From positions 1,051 to 65,050 of the forward strand of contig DATERJ010000008.1 in NCBI GenBank assembly GCA_035271645.1: a DNA stretch of 64,000 nucleotides. Reading direction: 5' to 3'. Shown here one piece after another: positions 47,022 to 57,572 of the stretch. The translations under genes and the position numbers were made by a program. Positions within the stretch are counted from its first letter, which is position 1. Every line of letters begins with the position of its first letter. Source of the DNA: Candidatus Dojkabacteria bacterium. Lineage in GTDB: Bacteria; Patescibacteriota; Dojkabacteria; SC72. The notes below the pieces were generated by a model, which did not search any database, was not told where the DNA came from, and was given only the letters and a program-made list of their open reading frames with translations.

Positions 47022-47228
47022 ATGAAAGTCAAAATCAACAAAGAAGCCTGTGTAATGTGTGGCTCATGTGTAGCTATTTGTCCAGAAGTATTCGAAATGA
47101 AGGATGATGGAAGTGTTGATGTAAAAGCAGAGTATCAGAACACACAGATTGAAGATGGTGTATTACTTGAAAAAGCAAAGCAAGCAAAAGAAGCTTGTCC
47201 AACAACAGCCATTGAAACAGAAGAATAA
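47022..47228 (+). CDS. Ferredoxin (single cluster)
   Basis: CVMCGSC...CP.VF ... ACPTTAI. Confidence 0.92.
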   Translation: MKVKINKEACVMCGSCVAICPEVFEMKDDGSVDVKAEYQNTQIEDGVLLEKAKQAKEACPTTAIETEE

Positions 47229-47632
47229 TGAATGATTGTATATTTTGTAAAATTGTAAAAGGAGAGATCCCTTCATACAGAGTTAGCGAAACAGATGATG
47301 TTCTAGTCATACTTGATGTAAATCCTTTAAGTAAAGGGCATGTTCTTGTACTGCCCAAAGAACATTATGAAAACATTCATGATATTCCAGAAGATTTACT
47401 AATAACAATAACATCTGTTGTAAAAGAGGAAGCACAGAAGATAAAGGACAGATTGAAACCAGAAGGAATTATCATAATGCAGAACAATGGAGCTAAAGCA
47501 GGGCAGAGTGTGTTCCATTTCCATATACATATAAAACCAGCATATGAAGACACACCTGTTTCGAAAGAAGGACATCTTAGAAAGAAGTTAACAGAGGAGG
47601 AGTTTACTCAGATTTGTAAAACTCTACAATAG
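47228..47632 (+). CDS. HIT family hydrolase
   Basis: DCIFCKI, GHVLVLPK.H, GQSVFHFHIH. Confidence 0.95.
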   Translation: MNDCIFCKIVKGEIPSYRVSETDDVLVILDVNPLSKGHVLVLPKEHYENIHDIPEDLLITITSVVKEEAQKIKDRLKPEGIIIMQNNGAKAGQSVFHFHIHIKPAYEDTPVSKEGHLRKKLTEEEFTQICKTLQ

Positions 47633-48464
47633 CATCTGTATATTCTGTATCAATATCAAAATGACCAGCACCCTCTACTGTAACAAACTCAATCTCCTTT
47701 CCTAACGAACTGAACTTCTTTATCAAATTAGTACTCATAGAATATGGAACATTCACATCCTTGTTTCCATGCCATGTCTTTATCGGAATCTCTTTTATCC
47801 TCTCAACTCTAGTAGCATTCCATGTATTTACATATGAAGTAGGGGCAAGGAGTGCAATCTTTTTAATATTTTCTGGATACTTCTCTGCAAAGTTCATTGT
47901 AACTAAACCACCCATACTAAAACCAAGAAGATATATCTCTCCATTACTCTTGTAATTCTTTTCTAACTCTTTAACTAATTTTTTGGTATCTCCAATAGCT
48001 GGCTCTTTTCCCCAGTTGTCACCATGTTGATTAGAAGCAGCAAACACATATCCATTTTTAACAAATATATCTGCATAGTAATCTAGATCTTTAGTTAGTG
48101 GATTGTTTGGATTGTCTGACACAGTATAGGTAGAACCATGACTATATATCACAACTGGATACTTAGCATCATCTTTCGCATTCTCATCAAAAGCAATATA
48201 TGCACTCTGTCCATCTATTGTCTTGAACTCACTCTTCACAACTATCTCTCTAACCTCTTCCCTCTCTTCTTCCACAGTTTCTTCTTTTACTTCTACTTCA
48301 TTAACAGGTTTAGAATCCTTAATGAAAATTTTAGAGAAAAGGAGATACCCCAAAAAGAAAAGAATGGAAAGGAGTATTAGATATACCAAAAATCTTTCAA
48401 TGGTAAGTCCTTTTTTAGGTCTGTTCTGTCTTATTTGATATTCCATTTTACTATTTTCTCTCAT
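47604..48464 (-). CDS. Membrane-anchored alpha/beta hydrolase
   Basis: N-terminal TM, YSHG, GFSMGG, HG.KD..VP, GAGH. Confidence 0.88.
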   Translation of the reverse strand: MRENSKMEYQIRQNRPKKGLTIERFLVYLILLSILFFLGYLLFSKIFIKDSKPVNEVEVKEETVEEEREEVREIVVKSEFKTIDGQSAYIAFDENAKDDAKYPVVIYSHGSTYTVSDNPNNPLTKDLDYYADIFVKNGYVFAASNQHGDNWGKEPAIGDTKKLVKELEKNYKSNGEIYLLGFSMGGLVTMNFAEKYPENIKKIALLAPTSYVNTWNATRVERIKEIPIKTWHGNKDVNVPYSMSTNLIKKFSSLGKEIEFVTVEGAGHFDIDTEYTDAIVEFYKSE

Positions 48465-48520
48465 ATGGGATATAATAACAAATTAGTGACTAATATTTAA
48501 TCTAATATATATTTAATAAT

Positions 48521-49315
48521 ATGGCAAAAGCTAAGAAAACAACAGCAAAGGCTAGTAAGAAAGCTACCCCAAAGAAGGCAGAGGTCGTAAAGGAGGTAAC
48601 AATCAATCTAGATACTTTTGCAGTTCCAATTGCAATTATTGTTGCAGGAATAATCATAGCTCTCACAATCTTTTTGACAAACAGGTCAAGTAAGAATGAT
48701 GTGTCAGGCTCTAAGGGAGCAAATCCAGCAGTAGATGATTCAGCACAAGCTCCAACAGGTGGAGATGTAACTGTTGCTTTAGGAGATGACCCCTATGTTG
48801 GAAACAAGAAGAAAGCTAAGGTTGCAGTAGTGGAATATAGTGATTATCAGTGTGGTTTCTGTAAGAGACACTCTGATCAGACATATCCAGAGCTTAAGGC
48901 AAACTATGTAGATACAGGAAAGATACTCTATGTATTTAAAGAGTATCCATTAGGAGATACAGGGTTGGGGTACGATACAGCTGTTGCAGGAACTTGTGTG
49001 TTTGATCAGTTAGGTGGAGAGAAGTTTGCAGAGTTCCACAGTGGAGCAATGGGTGCAGCATCAATTGCAGATATTAGGTCTCATGCAATTTCTCTAGGTG
49101 TTGATGGAAAGAAATATGATGACTGTGTTGCAAGTGTTAAGTTTAAGGATGATATCCAAGCTAACAAGACAGAGGGTTCTAAAGCTGGAATCAGTGGGAC
49201 ACCTGGTTTTATTGTTGGAAGGATTGATAAGGATGGTAATGTTACAGGACCACTGATTGCAGGAGCATATCCATATGATACATTTAAGAGTGCTATTGAA
49301 GAGCTCTTGAAGTAG
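48521..49315 (+). CDS. DsbA-family thiol-disulfide oxidoreductase
   Basis: VEYSDYQCGFC, GISGTPGF, GAYPYDTF. Confidence 0.92.
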   Translation: MAKAKKTTAKASKKATPKKAEVVKEVTINLDTFAVPIAIIVAGIIIALTIFLTNRSSKNDVSGSKGANPAVDDSAQAPTGGDVTVALGDDPYVGNKKKAKVAVVEYSDYQCGFCKRHSDQTYPELKANYVDTGKILYVFKEYPLGDTGLGYDTAVAGTCVFDQLGGEKFAEFHSGAMGAASIADIRSHAISLGVDGKKYDDCVASVKFKDDIQANKTEGSKAGISGTPGFIVGRIDKDGNVTGPLIAGAYPYDTFKSAIEELLK

Positions 49316-49336
49316 TCTTCATTGCATATGTAAACA

Positions 49337-49364
49337 AAAAGGGAGGTGTATATGCCTCCCTTTT
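49337..49364. terminator. Bidirectional intrinsic terminator
   Basis: AAAAGGGAGGTGTATATGCCTCCCTTTT hairpin between convergent genes. Confidence 0.85.
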
Positions 49365-49385
49365 GTCCCTTAATACTCTTTCTCC

Positions 49386-50528
49386 CTATTTCTTTTCTAC
49401 CTTCTTTACTGCAAGTTTGTCCCATTTCATACGTACCATAGCTCCAAGAGCTGTACAGGTAGCAATGAAGGAATAGAGACCAGAAATGAAAGGAATAATT
49501 CCAATTATTGTATTTACACCTCCACCAACGAGTAGTGCAAGATATGGACTGTTGGTCTTACTCTTTGCAAGTCTTAAAATCTCTCTACCAATTGTTAAGT
49601 TAACCCATACTTTTCCAAATATTATTCCAAACAGGAGGAATCCAAGAAGAAGTATACCTAGAGGAATTCCAACAACAGTAATGAAGATTAAAATTAATGG
49701 AATCCAAGCTAAGAAAAGAATCCCAGCTCCAATTGCGAGACTGATTAAGAAGTCTTTGGCAGAGCCAGTAATCTTTTTTGTAATCTCCAAGCTCTTCACA
49801 GGAGCCATGAAGACTAATAGAGCACCAACTATAAACATACTTACAAATCCAATTAATGCGCTAGAGAATCTTGTCCATAATGTTCTTAACTTTGGACTCT
49901 CTTCCTCTACTTTCTTTAACTCAACACCTTGTTCTTTTGCAATAGCATTGATCTCTTTCTCAGTATATATCTTCTTTCCAATCTTCTCCTGGTTTACCTC
50001 TGATTGACCGGCATTGATAATTAACTCACCACCGATATTGGAATCAATAGTAGAAGTTCCTGCAAACACCCTAGCATCATCCCCTACGTTACCCGTAAGA
50101 ACATTCGAGTACGCGAAGACAGAAAGGTCCTGTCCTGTACTAGCAGTATTCTTGAGGGTATATGCAAATACAGTAGTGTTACCTGATACGATTCCCTTTA
50201 CATCAGTATTGTATCCAAAAAGAGTAAGATTCCCATCGATTCTTGTTTGCTCATCAATCATCACACTATTACCAAAAATCAAGGCATCTCCAGTAACAGC
50301 GGCTTTAATTGACACATTGTTACCAAAAACGATTAAATCCCCCCTTATTACTCCCTTGACATCAATTGCATCATTGAAGATATACAGGTTATCATTGATT
50401 ATCTCTTCCTCTGCAATAGTGCCTTTGTCAAATTTAAATTCTGCCGCTTGGCTTGTTCTAGGTAGCCCAACACCTAGTATTAGTAATGCTAGAATGGGTG
50501 CCAGCAAAACAGTAAGAAATTTCTTCAT
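49386..50528 (-). CDS. Bactofilin-like beta-repeat domain plus multi-TM membrane protein
   Basis: Signal peptide, repeats of I.G.V.GD..vFG, C-terminal TM bundle ITVVGIPLG...IPFI. Confidence 0.75.
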   Translation of the reverse strand: MKKFLTVLLAPILALLILGVGLPRTSQAAEFKFDKGTIAEEEIINDNLYIFNDAIDVKGVIRGDLIVFGNNVSIKAAVTGDALIFGNSVMIDEQTRIDGNLTLFGYNTDVKGIVSGNTTVFAYTLKNTASTGQDLSVFAYSNVLTGNVGDDARVFAGTSTIDSNIGGELIINAGQSEVNQEKIGKKIYTEKEINAIAKEQGVELKKVEEESPKLRTLWTRFSSALIGFVSMFIVGALLVFMAPVKSLEITKKITGSAKDFLISLAIGAGILFLAWIPLILIFITVVGIPLGILLLGFLLFGIIFGKVWVNLTIGREILRLAKSKTNSPYLALLVGGGVNTIIGIIPFISGLYSFIATCTALGAMVRMKWDKLAVKKVEKK

Positions 50529-50614
50529 ACTTTTTTAAATATTAAATAAATTAGGTATATTTAATTGTAACAGTTTTTTGTTGTTTTGATAAGTATTTGA
50601 GGTATAATTAATGA

Positions 50615-51466
50615 ATGAAAATATCAATAGTTATAGTAAACTACAATGGAAAGCACCTTTTAGAGAAGAATCTTCTCTCTGTTGTAGAGAATGGGTATGA
50701 AAATTTTGATATTGTTGTAGTAGATAATGCATCAGAGGATGGTAGTATTGAATATCTTAAAAAAAAATTTCCTTTTGTAAAGATAGTAGAGAGTAAGGAA
50801 AATCTTGGCTTTGGGAGGGGTAATAACTTGGGTGTTAAAGAAAACCCTCATTATGATGCATACCTCTTTTTGAACAATGATATCTCTGTACCAAAAAGTT
50901 TCTTAGATAATCTAGTCAAAGAACTGCAAAAAGATGGAGTAGGAGCAGTTGGTCCAAAGGTGCTGTATTCTAAAGAAAACATAGGCAGTGAAAAGAGAGT
51001 AATTAACTCTGCAGGGATAGAAGTAGATAGTCACTACATGGCATATGATAGATACGACAAAGAAGAAGACAATCCTAAATACAATGTGATAGAAGAGGTT
51101 GATGCTCTCATGGGAGGAGCATTCTTAGTCAAAAAGGAGGTCTTTGAAAAAGTAGGAGGCTTTAATCCAAATATGTTTTTGTATTACGAGGACATAGACC
51201 TTTCACTTAGAATCAGAGACTTAGGTTACAAACTATATTATGTTGGAACATCAGAGGTATATCATGACCATATGGCATCTTCTAAGAGTTTAGGTACAAG
51301 AAAAAGAAATATTATGAATATGCAAAACAGATTTAGAAGTATCCAAAGTAGAAAAGGATTGTGGGTAGCAATATGGGAGACAATCTGGTATCTTTTAAAC
51401 TGGTTAATATGGAAAATGATATACTCTAGGAGAATTACTTTAAAAGAATTTTTAAAGGAGAAGTAA
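50615..51466 (+). CDS. Glycosyltransferase family 2
   Basis: VDNAS.DGS, NLGFGRGNN, FLNND, FLYYEDIDL. Confidence 0.93.
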   Translation: MKISIVIVNYNGKHLLEKNLLSVVENGYENFDIVVVDNASEDGSIEYLKKKFPFVKIVESKENLGFGRGNNLGVKENPHYDAYLFLNNDISVPKSFLDNLVKELQKDGVGAVGPKVLYSKENIGSEKRVINSAGIEVDSHYMAYDRYDKEEDNPKYNVIEEVDALMGGAFLVKKEVFEKVGGFNPNMFLYYEDIDLSLRIRDLGYKLYYVGTSEVYHDHMASSKSLGTRKRNIMNMQNRFRSIQSRKGLWVAIWETIWYLLNWLIWKMIYSRRITLKEFLKEK

Positions 51467-52239
51467 TGAACAAAAATGATATAGATCTCTACAAACAATT
51501 TGTGAAAACAACTTTTAAGATGAGATACAAAGGCTCAATCTTGGGTTTTCTTTGGGTTCTTCTTAAACCTTTCTTCATGTTCCTTATTCTATTCATGATT
51601 TTCTCGCATATGTCATCAGCATCTGCAGGTCTTACATCTCAACAATATGCTGTCTATCTTCTTTCTGGATTAATTGTATATACATTTTTTAATGAAGGTA
51701 TGATTTGGGGTATGGGTTCAATCATGGAGAGGGCGGAATTAATTGTAAAAATCAATTTTAAAAGAGATGTTGTAGTTGCTAGTTCTCTAAGTATGGCACT
51801 GATTAACTTCTCAATTAACCTTTTAATTGTACTAGCGGTAGCTTTGATATTAAAGATAAATATAACTCTAATGGGTCTTGCATATATTCTCTTCATTGGT
51901 CTTACTATGTTCCTCTCTCTTTACGGTATCTCTTTCTTTACAAGTATCTGGTTAGTTCATGTAAGAGACTTACAGCATATCATGGAGTTAGTCTTACAAC
52001 TTCTCTTCTATGCTAGTGCAGTATTCTTTCCAGTTGAGATGATTCCAGAGAACTACAGATTCATTGTTTACTACAATCCTGTTGCAAGATTTGTTAAAGC
52101 GGTTAGAGAAGCTTTAATATTTGGAGAGATTACAGATTTGAAATTTGTTCTTCTCGCTTTAGCTTCTTCTATAGTTTTAGTTATTGTAGGGAGGTTGTAT
52201 TTTAATAAACATATTAAAAAAGTAGCTGAGCATTTTTAA
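51466..52239 (+). CDS. wzm: Polysaccharide ABC exporter permease
   Basis: RYKGSILGFLW.LL.P, RDLQHI, YNPV. Confidence 0.9.
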   Translation: MNKNDIDLYKQFVKTTFKMRYKGSILGFLWVLLKPFFMFLILFMIFSHMSSASAGLTSQQYAVYLLSGLIVYTFFNEGMIWGMGSIMERAELIVKINFKRDVVVASSLSMALINFSINLLIVLAVALILKINITLMGLAYILFIGLTMFLSLYGISFFTSIWLVHVRDLQHIMELVLQLLFYASAVFFPVEMIPENYRFIVYYNPVARFVKAVREALIFGEITDLKFVLLALASSIVLVIVGRLYFNKHIKKVAEHF

Positions 52240-52243
52240 AGAT

Positions 52244-52978
52244 ATGGAAGATAATATAGCAATTAAAGTAGAAAATTTAACAAAGAAATTTAGGATACCT
52301 GAGCATGGTTCTCCTACGACTTTGCAGGAAAGATTTGTAAATCCTTTTGCAAAGAAAAAGATGATTGACTTTGTAGCTCTTAAAGACCTCTCTTTTGATG
52401 TTAAGAAGGGAGAGTTCTTTAGTGTAATTGGTCCTAATGGTGCTGGTAAATCTACACTACTAAAACTAATTTCAGGTATTTACATTCCTGATGGTGGTAC
52501 AATTGATGTTAATGGTAAGCTTGTTCCTTTCTTAGAACTAGGTGTTGGCTTTAATCCAGATCTTAGTGCAAGGGAGAATGTATATCTTAATGGTACAATT
52601 CTTGGTCTTACTGAGAAAGAAATAGATGAGAGTGTAGATGATATTTTTGATTTTGCAGAACTTAAGGAGTTTGAAGACCTTTCCATTAAGAAATTCTCAT
52701 CTGGTATGCAGGTTAGATTAGCTTTCTCTATTGCAATTAGAGTTAAATCAGATATTTTAGTTCTTGATGAAGTACTAGCAGTAGGTGATGGAGAGTTTCA
52801 GAAGAAATGTTTTGCATATTTTGATGATATTGTTGGTAAGAAGACAATATTGTTTGTATCTCATGGGTTAGAGAGTGTAAGAAGATATTCCGATAGAGTG
52901 CTTTGGTTAAAGGAAGACAAGACATATGAGATAGGGGAGCCTAATGATATTGTTGATAGGTATAGTGCTACATTTTAG
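52244..52978 (+). CDS. wzt: Polysaccharide ABC exporter ATPase (no C-terminal carbohydrate-binding domain)
   Basis: GPNGAGKST, ELGVGFNP, FSSGMQVRLAF, DEVLAVGD..FQ.KC. Confidence 0.92.
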   Translation: MEDNIAIKVENLTKKFRIPEHGSPTTLQERFVNPFAKKKMIDFVALKDLSFDVKKGEFFSVIGPNGAGKSTLLKLISGIYIPDGGTIDVNGKLVPFLELGVGFNPDLSARENVYLNGTILGLTEKEIDESVDDIFDFAELKEFEDLSIKKFSSGMQVRLAFSIAIRVKSDILVLDEVLAVGDGEFQKKCFAYFDDIVGKKTILFVSHGLESVRRYSDRVLWLKEDKTYEIGEPNDIVDRYSATF

Positions 52979-53002
52979 CAACTTAAGTTACTACTAGAAT
53001 AT

Positions 53003-54880
53003 ATGAGGATAATTGAACTTTTTCAAAGGATAGTTAGTAGAATACCAATATATTTCAAACAACTAATTACCTCTTTTAGAAAACATGGTATCTTAAATAC
53101 CTTCAAGAGAATATTAAAAAAGATTTGGAGATTTGTAATAACTGGTGGAGATGGTTCTAAGTTAATGAGAATATCATATGGGGAATGGATGGAGAATGTA
53201 GAGAGTAAGTATCTCAACGAAGAATCAATGGAGAGTGATTTGAAGAAACTTAAGATTAATCCTAAGTTTTCAATAGTATTTCCTGTGTGGAATAAGTCTG
53301 AAGAGATGTTACAAGCTGCTTTGGATTCAATTACTTCACAGGTATATGAGAATTGGGAGATATGTATATCTGATGGTTCTAGTAAGAATGTTAAAGAGAC
53401 AAGAGAATTTCTTAAGAACTTTGCTAAGAAGTATGGTAAGAAGGTTAAGTTTTCTACGATTGATGTTGAAGGGATTAATATCATTGAGAATAGTAATAAT
53501 GCATTGAGTTTGGCAACTGGAGAGTATGTTGTTTTTATGGATTGTGATGATGAGATATCTAAGAATTGTTTGTTGGAGTTAGCTAAGGGTATTGAAAAAC
53601 ATCCTGAAGTAGAATTCATGTATAGTGATTTTGATAAGATTGATGAAAACGGTAAAAGGTTTGATCCTTCTTTTTGGCCTGATTGGTCTCCCCACACACT
53701 TACAGCACAGATGTATACAACTCATGTTACTTGTTACCGTAGGGATGTAGTAGAGGGGTTAGGAGGACTTGTTAAGAGTACTGAGGGTGCGCAGGATTGG
53801 GATTTAGTAATGAGATATCTTACAAGAGGGAATTGGAAGGTTTTACATATTCCTAAGATACTCTACCATTGGAGGGTATATCCAGGTTCTACTGCCCTAG
53901 CAGGTAGTGGTGCTAAGAGTTGGGCATACGAGAATCAGAGAGCAGTACTAGAGAGATATCTTGAGAGGAGAAAATTAAAGGGAGAGGTGCTAGAAGGTCC
54001 TTTTGAAGGAGCTTGGAGAGTTAAGTTTGACATTATCGGTAATCCTAAAGTTAGTATTGTGATACCGACTAAGGACAAGGTGGATTACTTAGAAAGAGTA
54101 ATTGATAGTATTTGGGAACATACGAAATATAAAAATTATGAAATAGTTATAGTGGATAACAGGAGTGAAGAGGAAGAAACAAAGGAGTATTTTGAAGAGA
54201 TTAAAGAGAAAGGTGTTAAGGTTTTGAAATATGATAAACCATTTCATTTTGGTAAGTTGTATAACTGGGCAGCTACTAAGGTTGATGGGGAATATATGTT
54301 GGTACTTAATAACGATATTAAGGTTCTCAATGATGGTTGGTTAGAGAGTATGTTAGAGTGGGCTCAACTGCCAGAGGTTGGTAGTGTAGGAGCTAAGCTT
54401 TACTATCCTGATGGTAAGATCCAACATGCAGGAGTAATTGTTGGTGCTGGAGGAGCAGCTGCACACTCTCATAGGTTGTTAGATGGAGATGTATTTGGTT
54501 ATGAGGGTTGTGTTGTTAATGTCAGAAACTATTTAGCAGTTACAGGAGCTTGTATGATGGTAAGCCGAAAGCTCTTTTTAGATATGGGAGGTTTTGATGA
54601 ACAGTTTGATCCTGCGTATCAAGATGTTGATTTTGGAATTAGGTTGTATGATGAGAAAGGTTTGTTCAATGTATATACCCCTTATACAGAACTCATACAT
54701 TATGAATCTGTGACTAGGTTTGATAGTAAGAACAAAGAAAAATTAGAGAAGGATACAGTTAATGCAGAGAAATTAAGAAAGAAATGGCCACAATATATTG
54801 AATATATGGGAGGTAGGGACCCTTTCTACAATGACAACCTATCCTACGCCCATGAAGATTTTAGGATAAGAAGAGAGTAG
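53003..54880 (+). CDS. Double-domain GT2 glycosyltransferase
   Basis: Two GT-A domains (GAQDWDL..HIPKILYHWR; PKVSIVIPTKD..LNND..AVTGAC). Confidence 0.92.
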   Translation: MRIIELFQRIVSRIPIYFKQLITSFRKHGILNTFKRILKKIWRFVITGGDGSKLMRISYGEWMENVESKYLNEESMESDLKKLKINPKFSIVFPVWNKSEEMLQAALDSITSQVYENWEICISDGSSKNVKETREFLKNFAKKYGKKVKFSTIDVEGINIIENSNNALSLATGEYVVFMDCDDEISKNCLLELAKGIEKHPEVEFMYSDFDKIDENGKRFDPSFWPDWSPHTLTAQMYTTHVTCYRRDVVEGLGGLVKSTEGAQDWDLVMRYLTRGNWKVLHIPKILYHWRVYPGSTALAGSGAKSWAYENQRAVLERYLERRKLKGEVLEGPFEGAWRVKFDIIGNPKVSIVIPTKDKVDYLERVIDSIWEHTKYKNYEIVIVDNRSEEEETKEYFEEIKEKGVKVLKYDKPFHFGKLYNWAATKVDGEYMLVLNNDIKVLNDGWLESMLEWAQLPEVGSVGAKLYYPDGKIQHAGVIVGAGGAAAHSHRLLDGDVFGYEGCVVNVRNYLAVTGACMMVSRKLFLDMGGFDEQFDPAYQDVDFGIRLYDEKGLFNVYTPYTELIHYESVTRFDSKNKEKLEKDTVNAEKLRKKWPQYIEYMGGRDPFYNDNLSYAHEDFRIRRE

Positions 54881-54882
54881 CT

Positions 54883-56229
54883 ATGAAAAAAAAGAAAAGA
54901 AAAATAAACTGGAAGAAAATAAACAAGATAATACTTACAGTACAGTTAGTTATATTTTTTGTTTTTGGTCTCTTTCTTGCACTAAATATTAGAACAAATA
55001 TTGGTCCTGATGAACCTCACCACTTCTATGTAGCACAAGCATATTCTAAAGTTTGGGGAGTACCTGAAAATACACCTGAGACATACCAGTGGGGAGATAT
55101 TACATCTGCAAACTTTCTAGCACATTGGATAAATGGGAGATTGTTGAATATGAATTTCCTGAAGGTTGATGAGATACATCTTCTTAAAATATTTAACTTA
55201 TTAACTTCTGTAGGTACACTATTTCTGTTTTACAAACTAGCAGGATATGTAATTAAGGAGGAGAAGTATCGTACAATCCCTGTCATCCTTCTAGCAAACA
55301 CCCTTATGTTCCAATTCCTCTCTGGAATGATTAACTATGATAATCTCACCAACTTTTTTGCAGTACTTTCAATTATCTACTTTGTGAAGATATTTAAAGA
55401 ACCCAAAGAGATAAAGAACTACGCGTTATGGGCAATCTTTACTTGTTTAGGTGTTCTTACAAAATATACAAATTTTCCACTTGCTCTAGTAGAATTCATC
55501 TTAATTATCAGTATCCTCATCAAAGAAAAAGTGAAGTTTAATATCAAGGAGAAGAAGTTTTGGTTGTATCTACTTCTTGTTTTAATCTTTCTTCTACCAG
55601 TAGTTCTCTTGTATGGGAAGAATGTTGTTACATACAAACATATTTTTCCTCGTTGTGAAGAAGTTATGACAGTTGAGCAATGTATGAACAGTGGTGTTTT
55701 TAGAAGGGACTATGGACAATCAGCAGGGATAAAGTTGTTAAGTAAAGAGGGGATAGGAATGGTCTTCTCGAGAAGGTGGAATCCTGTTAAATACTTCTTA
55801 AAATGGTCATGGGAGATGAATCATAGAATCTATGGCATTATGGCTCACAAAGATATGTTTATGCCACACAATCTTCATCTTACCTTTGCAATATATCCAA
55901 TATCATTTGTGTTTCTTTTTCTCAAAGATCTAAAGAAAAAAGAGAAGTTAGATATCTACCTACTAATAGTTCTTCTCTTCTATACCTTCGTTCTAGCATT
56001 TGTACAAAACTATCCAACATATCTAAATAGAGATGGTGTAATATTTGCTCTTCAAGGAAGATATATCTTTCCTGCTATATTCATCTACTATACTCTTCTA
56101 GTGAAATATATTGGAGAAATTAAGAATAAATATGTGAGAATATTGTTCTTTGTAATACTCATAACAATGTTTCTTCTCTCTTGTATTCCATTCTTCCTCT
56201 TGAGTGTTACACCTGATTGGTTTGTTTAA
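54883..56229 (+). CDS. GT-C fold membrane glycosyltransferase (PMT/DUF2142-like)
   Basis: PDEPHH after TM1, INYDNL, LTK, QGRYIFP. Confidence 0.75.
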   Translation: MKKKKRKINWKKINKIILTVQLVIFFVFGLFLALNIRTNIGPDEPHHFYVAQAYSKVWGVPENTPETYQWGDITSANFLAHWINGRLLNMNFLKVDEIHLLKIFNLLTSVGTLFLFYKLAGYVIKEEKYRTIPVILLANTLMFQFLSGMINYDNLTNFFAVLSIIYFVKIFKEPKEIKNYALWAIFTCLGVLTKYTNFPLALVEFILIISILIKEKVKFNIKEKKFWLYLLLVLIFLLPVVLLYGKNVVTYKHIFPRCEEVMTVEQCMNSGVFRRDYGQSAGIKLLSKEGIGMVFSRRWNPVKYFLKWSWEMNHRIYGIMAHKDMFMPHNLHLTFAIYPISFVFLFLKDLKKKEKLDIYLLIVLLFYTFVLAFVQNYPTYLNRDGVIFALQGRYIFPAIFIYYTLLVKYIGEIKNKYVRILFFVILITMFLLSCIPFFLLSVTPDWFV

Positions 56230-56277
56230 TATGTATCTTTGGAATATAATAGCTTAGTTATTTTACAAAAAACACAT

Positions 56278-57552
56278 ATGAAAAAAGTATCAATAGTAGG
56301 ACTTGGTTATGTTGGATTACCATTAGCTCTTGCAATAGAGAGGAGTAAGAAGTATGAAGTGGTAGGTTTTGATATTAGTAAAGATCAAGTTAAGAAAATA
56401 CTCTCAAAGGAGTGTCCCATTACAGATGAGCTAGCAGAGAGAGACCTTAATGAATTAGATCTTCACGCAACAACAGATAGTGATGAGTTAAAGGATACGG
56501 ATATCTTCATCATATGTGTACCTACACCTGTTCTTGATGACTATACTCCAGACTACACACCTGTAATTAGTGCAGGTAAAACAATATCTAAGTACTTAAA
56601 GAAAGGTGCTACTGTTGTTTTAGAATCAACAGTTAATCCAGGTACATGTGAAGAAATTTTAGTTCCTGTTTTGGAGGAAGGTAGTAAGTTAGTTGCAGGT
56701 AAAGATTTCAATGTAGCTATGTGTCCTGAGAGAATTAATCCTGGTGACCCTAAGTGGAATGTTTACAATATTCCTAGAAATATTGGTAGTCTAATGAAAG
56801 AGAAAACAAAAGAGATTGCTGATTTCTATAGAAGTTTCTTAGATGCAGAGATTAATGAAGTATCTACTATCAAGGTTGCTGAATCTACAAAAATAGTTGA
56901 GAATGCATTTAGAGATATTAATATTGCATATGTTAATGAGCTTGCTAAATCTTTTGATGCAATGGATATTGATTTAATTGAGACGTTGAAGGGTGCTTCT
57001 ACCAAACCTTTCTCTTTCATGGTACATTGGCCAAGTAGGGGAGTTGGGGGACATTGTATTGCAGTTGATCCATATTACTTAATCAAAAGGGCACAGGAAG
57101 CAGGTTTTGATCACAGATTCTTGAAGATAGCTAGGGATATTAACAACAGTATGCCAGAGTATACAGTATCTAGATTGCAAGAAGGGCTTAATGAGATAGA
57201 GAAGTCAGTAAAGGGTACTAAGGTTGGATTACTAGGTTTAAGTTACAAATCTAATGTAGCAGACCTTAGAGAGAGTCCTAGTTTAGAGATATTGGATATA
57301 TTAAAGAAGATGGGTGCAGATGTCATATCATATGACCCTCATACATTAGATATCTCTGATGTAAAAGAATTAGATGATGTACTGGAGAAAGTTGATGCCG
57401 TTATACTAGGTACATATCATGATGCCTTTGGTGATTTAACGGAAGAAATACTAAAGAGGAAGAATATCAAGGTAGTAGTAGATGGGGTGAATAAGTTGGA
57501 TAAGGAGAGGTTGGTAAAAGGTAAAGTGATATACAGAGGTATTGGGAGATAA
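56278..57552 (+). CDS. UDP-N-acetylhexosamine 6-dehydrogenase (WecC/WbpA family)
   Basis: GLGYVGLP, CVPTP, ESTV.PG, PERINPG, GVGGHCI.VDP, DLRESP. Confidence 0.93.
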   Translation: MKKVSIVGLGYVGLPLALAIERSKKYEVVGFDISKDQVKKILSKECPITDELAERDLNELDLHATTDSDELKDTDIFIICVPTPVLDDYTPDYTPVISAGKTISKYLKKGATVVLESTVNPGTCEEILVPVLEEGSKLVAGKDFNVAMCPERINPGDPKWNVYNIPRNIGSLMKEKTKEIADFYRSFLDAEINEVSTIKVAESTKIVENAFRDINIAYVNELAKSFDAMDIDLIETLKGASTKPFSFMVHWPSRGVGGHCIAVDPYYLIKRAQEAGFDHRFLKIARDINNSMPEYTVSRLQEGLNEIEKSVKGTKVGLLGLSYKSNVADLRESPSLEILDILKKMGADVISYDPHTLDISDVKELDDVLEKVDAVILGTYHDAFGDLTEEILKRKNIKVVVDGVNKLDKERLVKGKVIYRGIGR

Positions 57553-57572
57553 TCTAAAAAGAACATAATACT

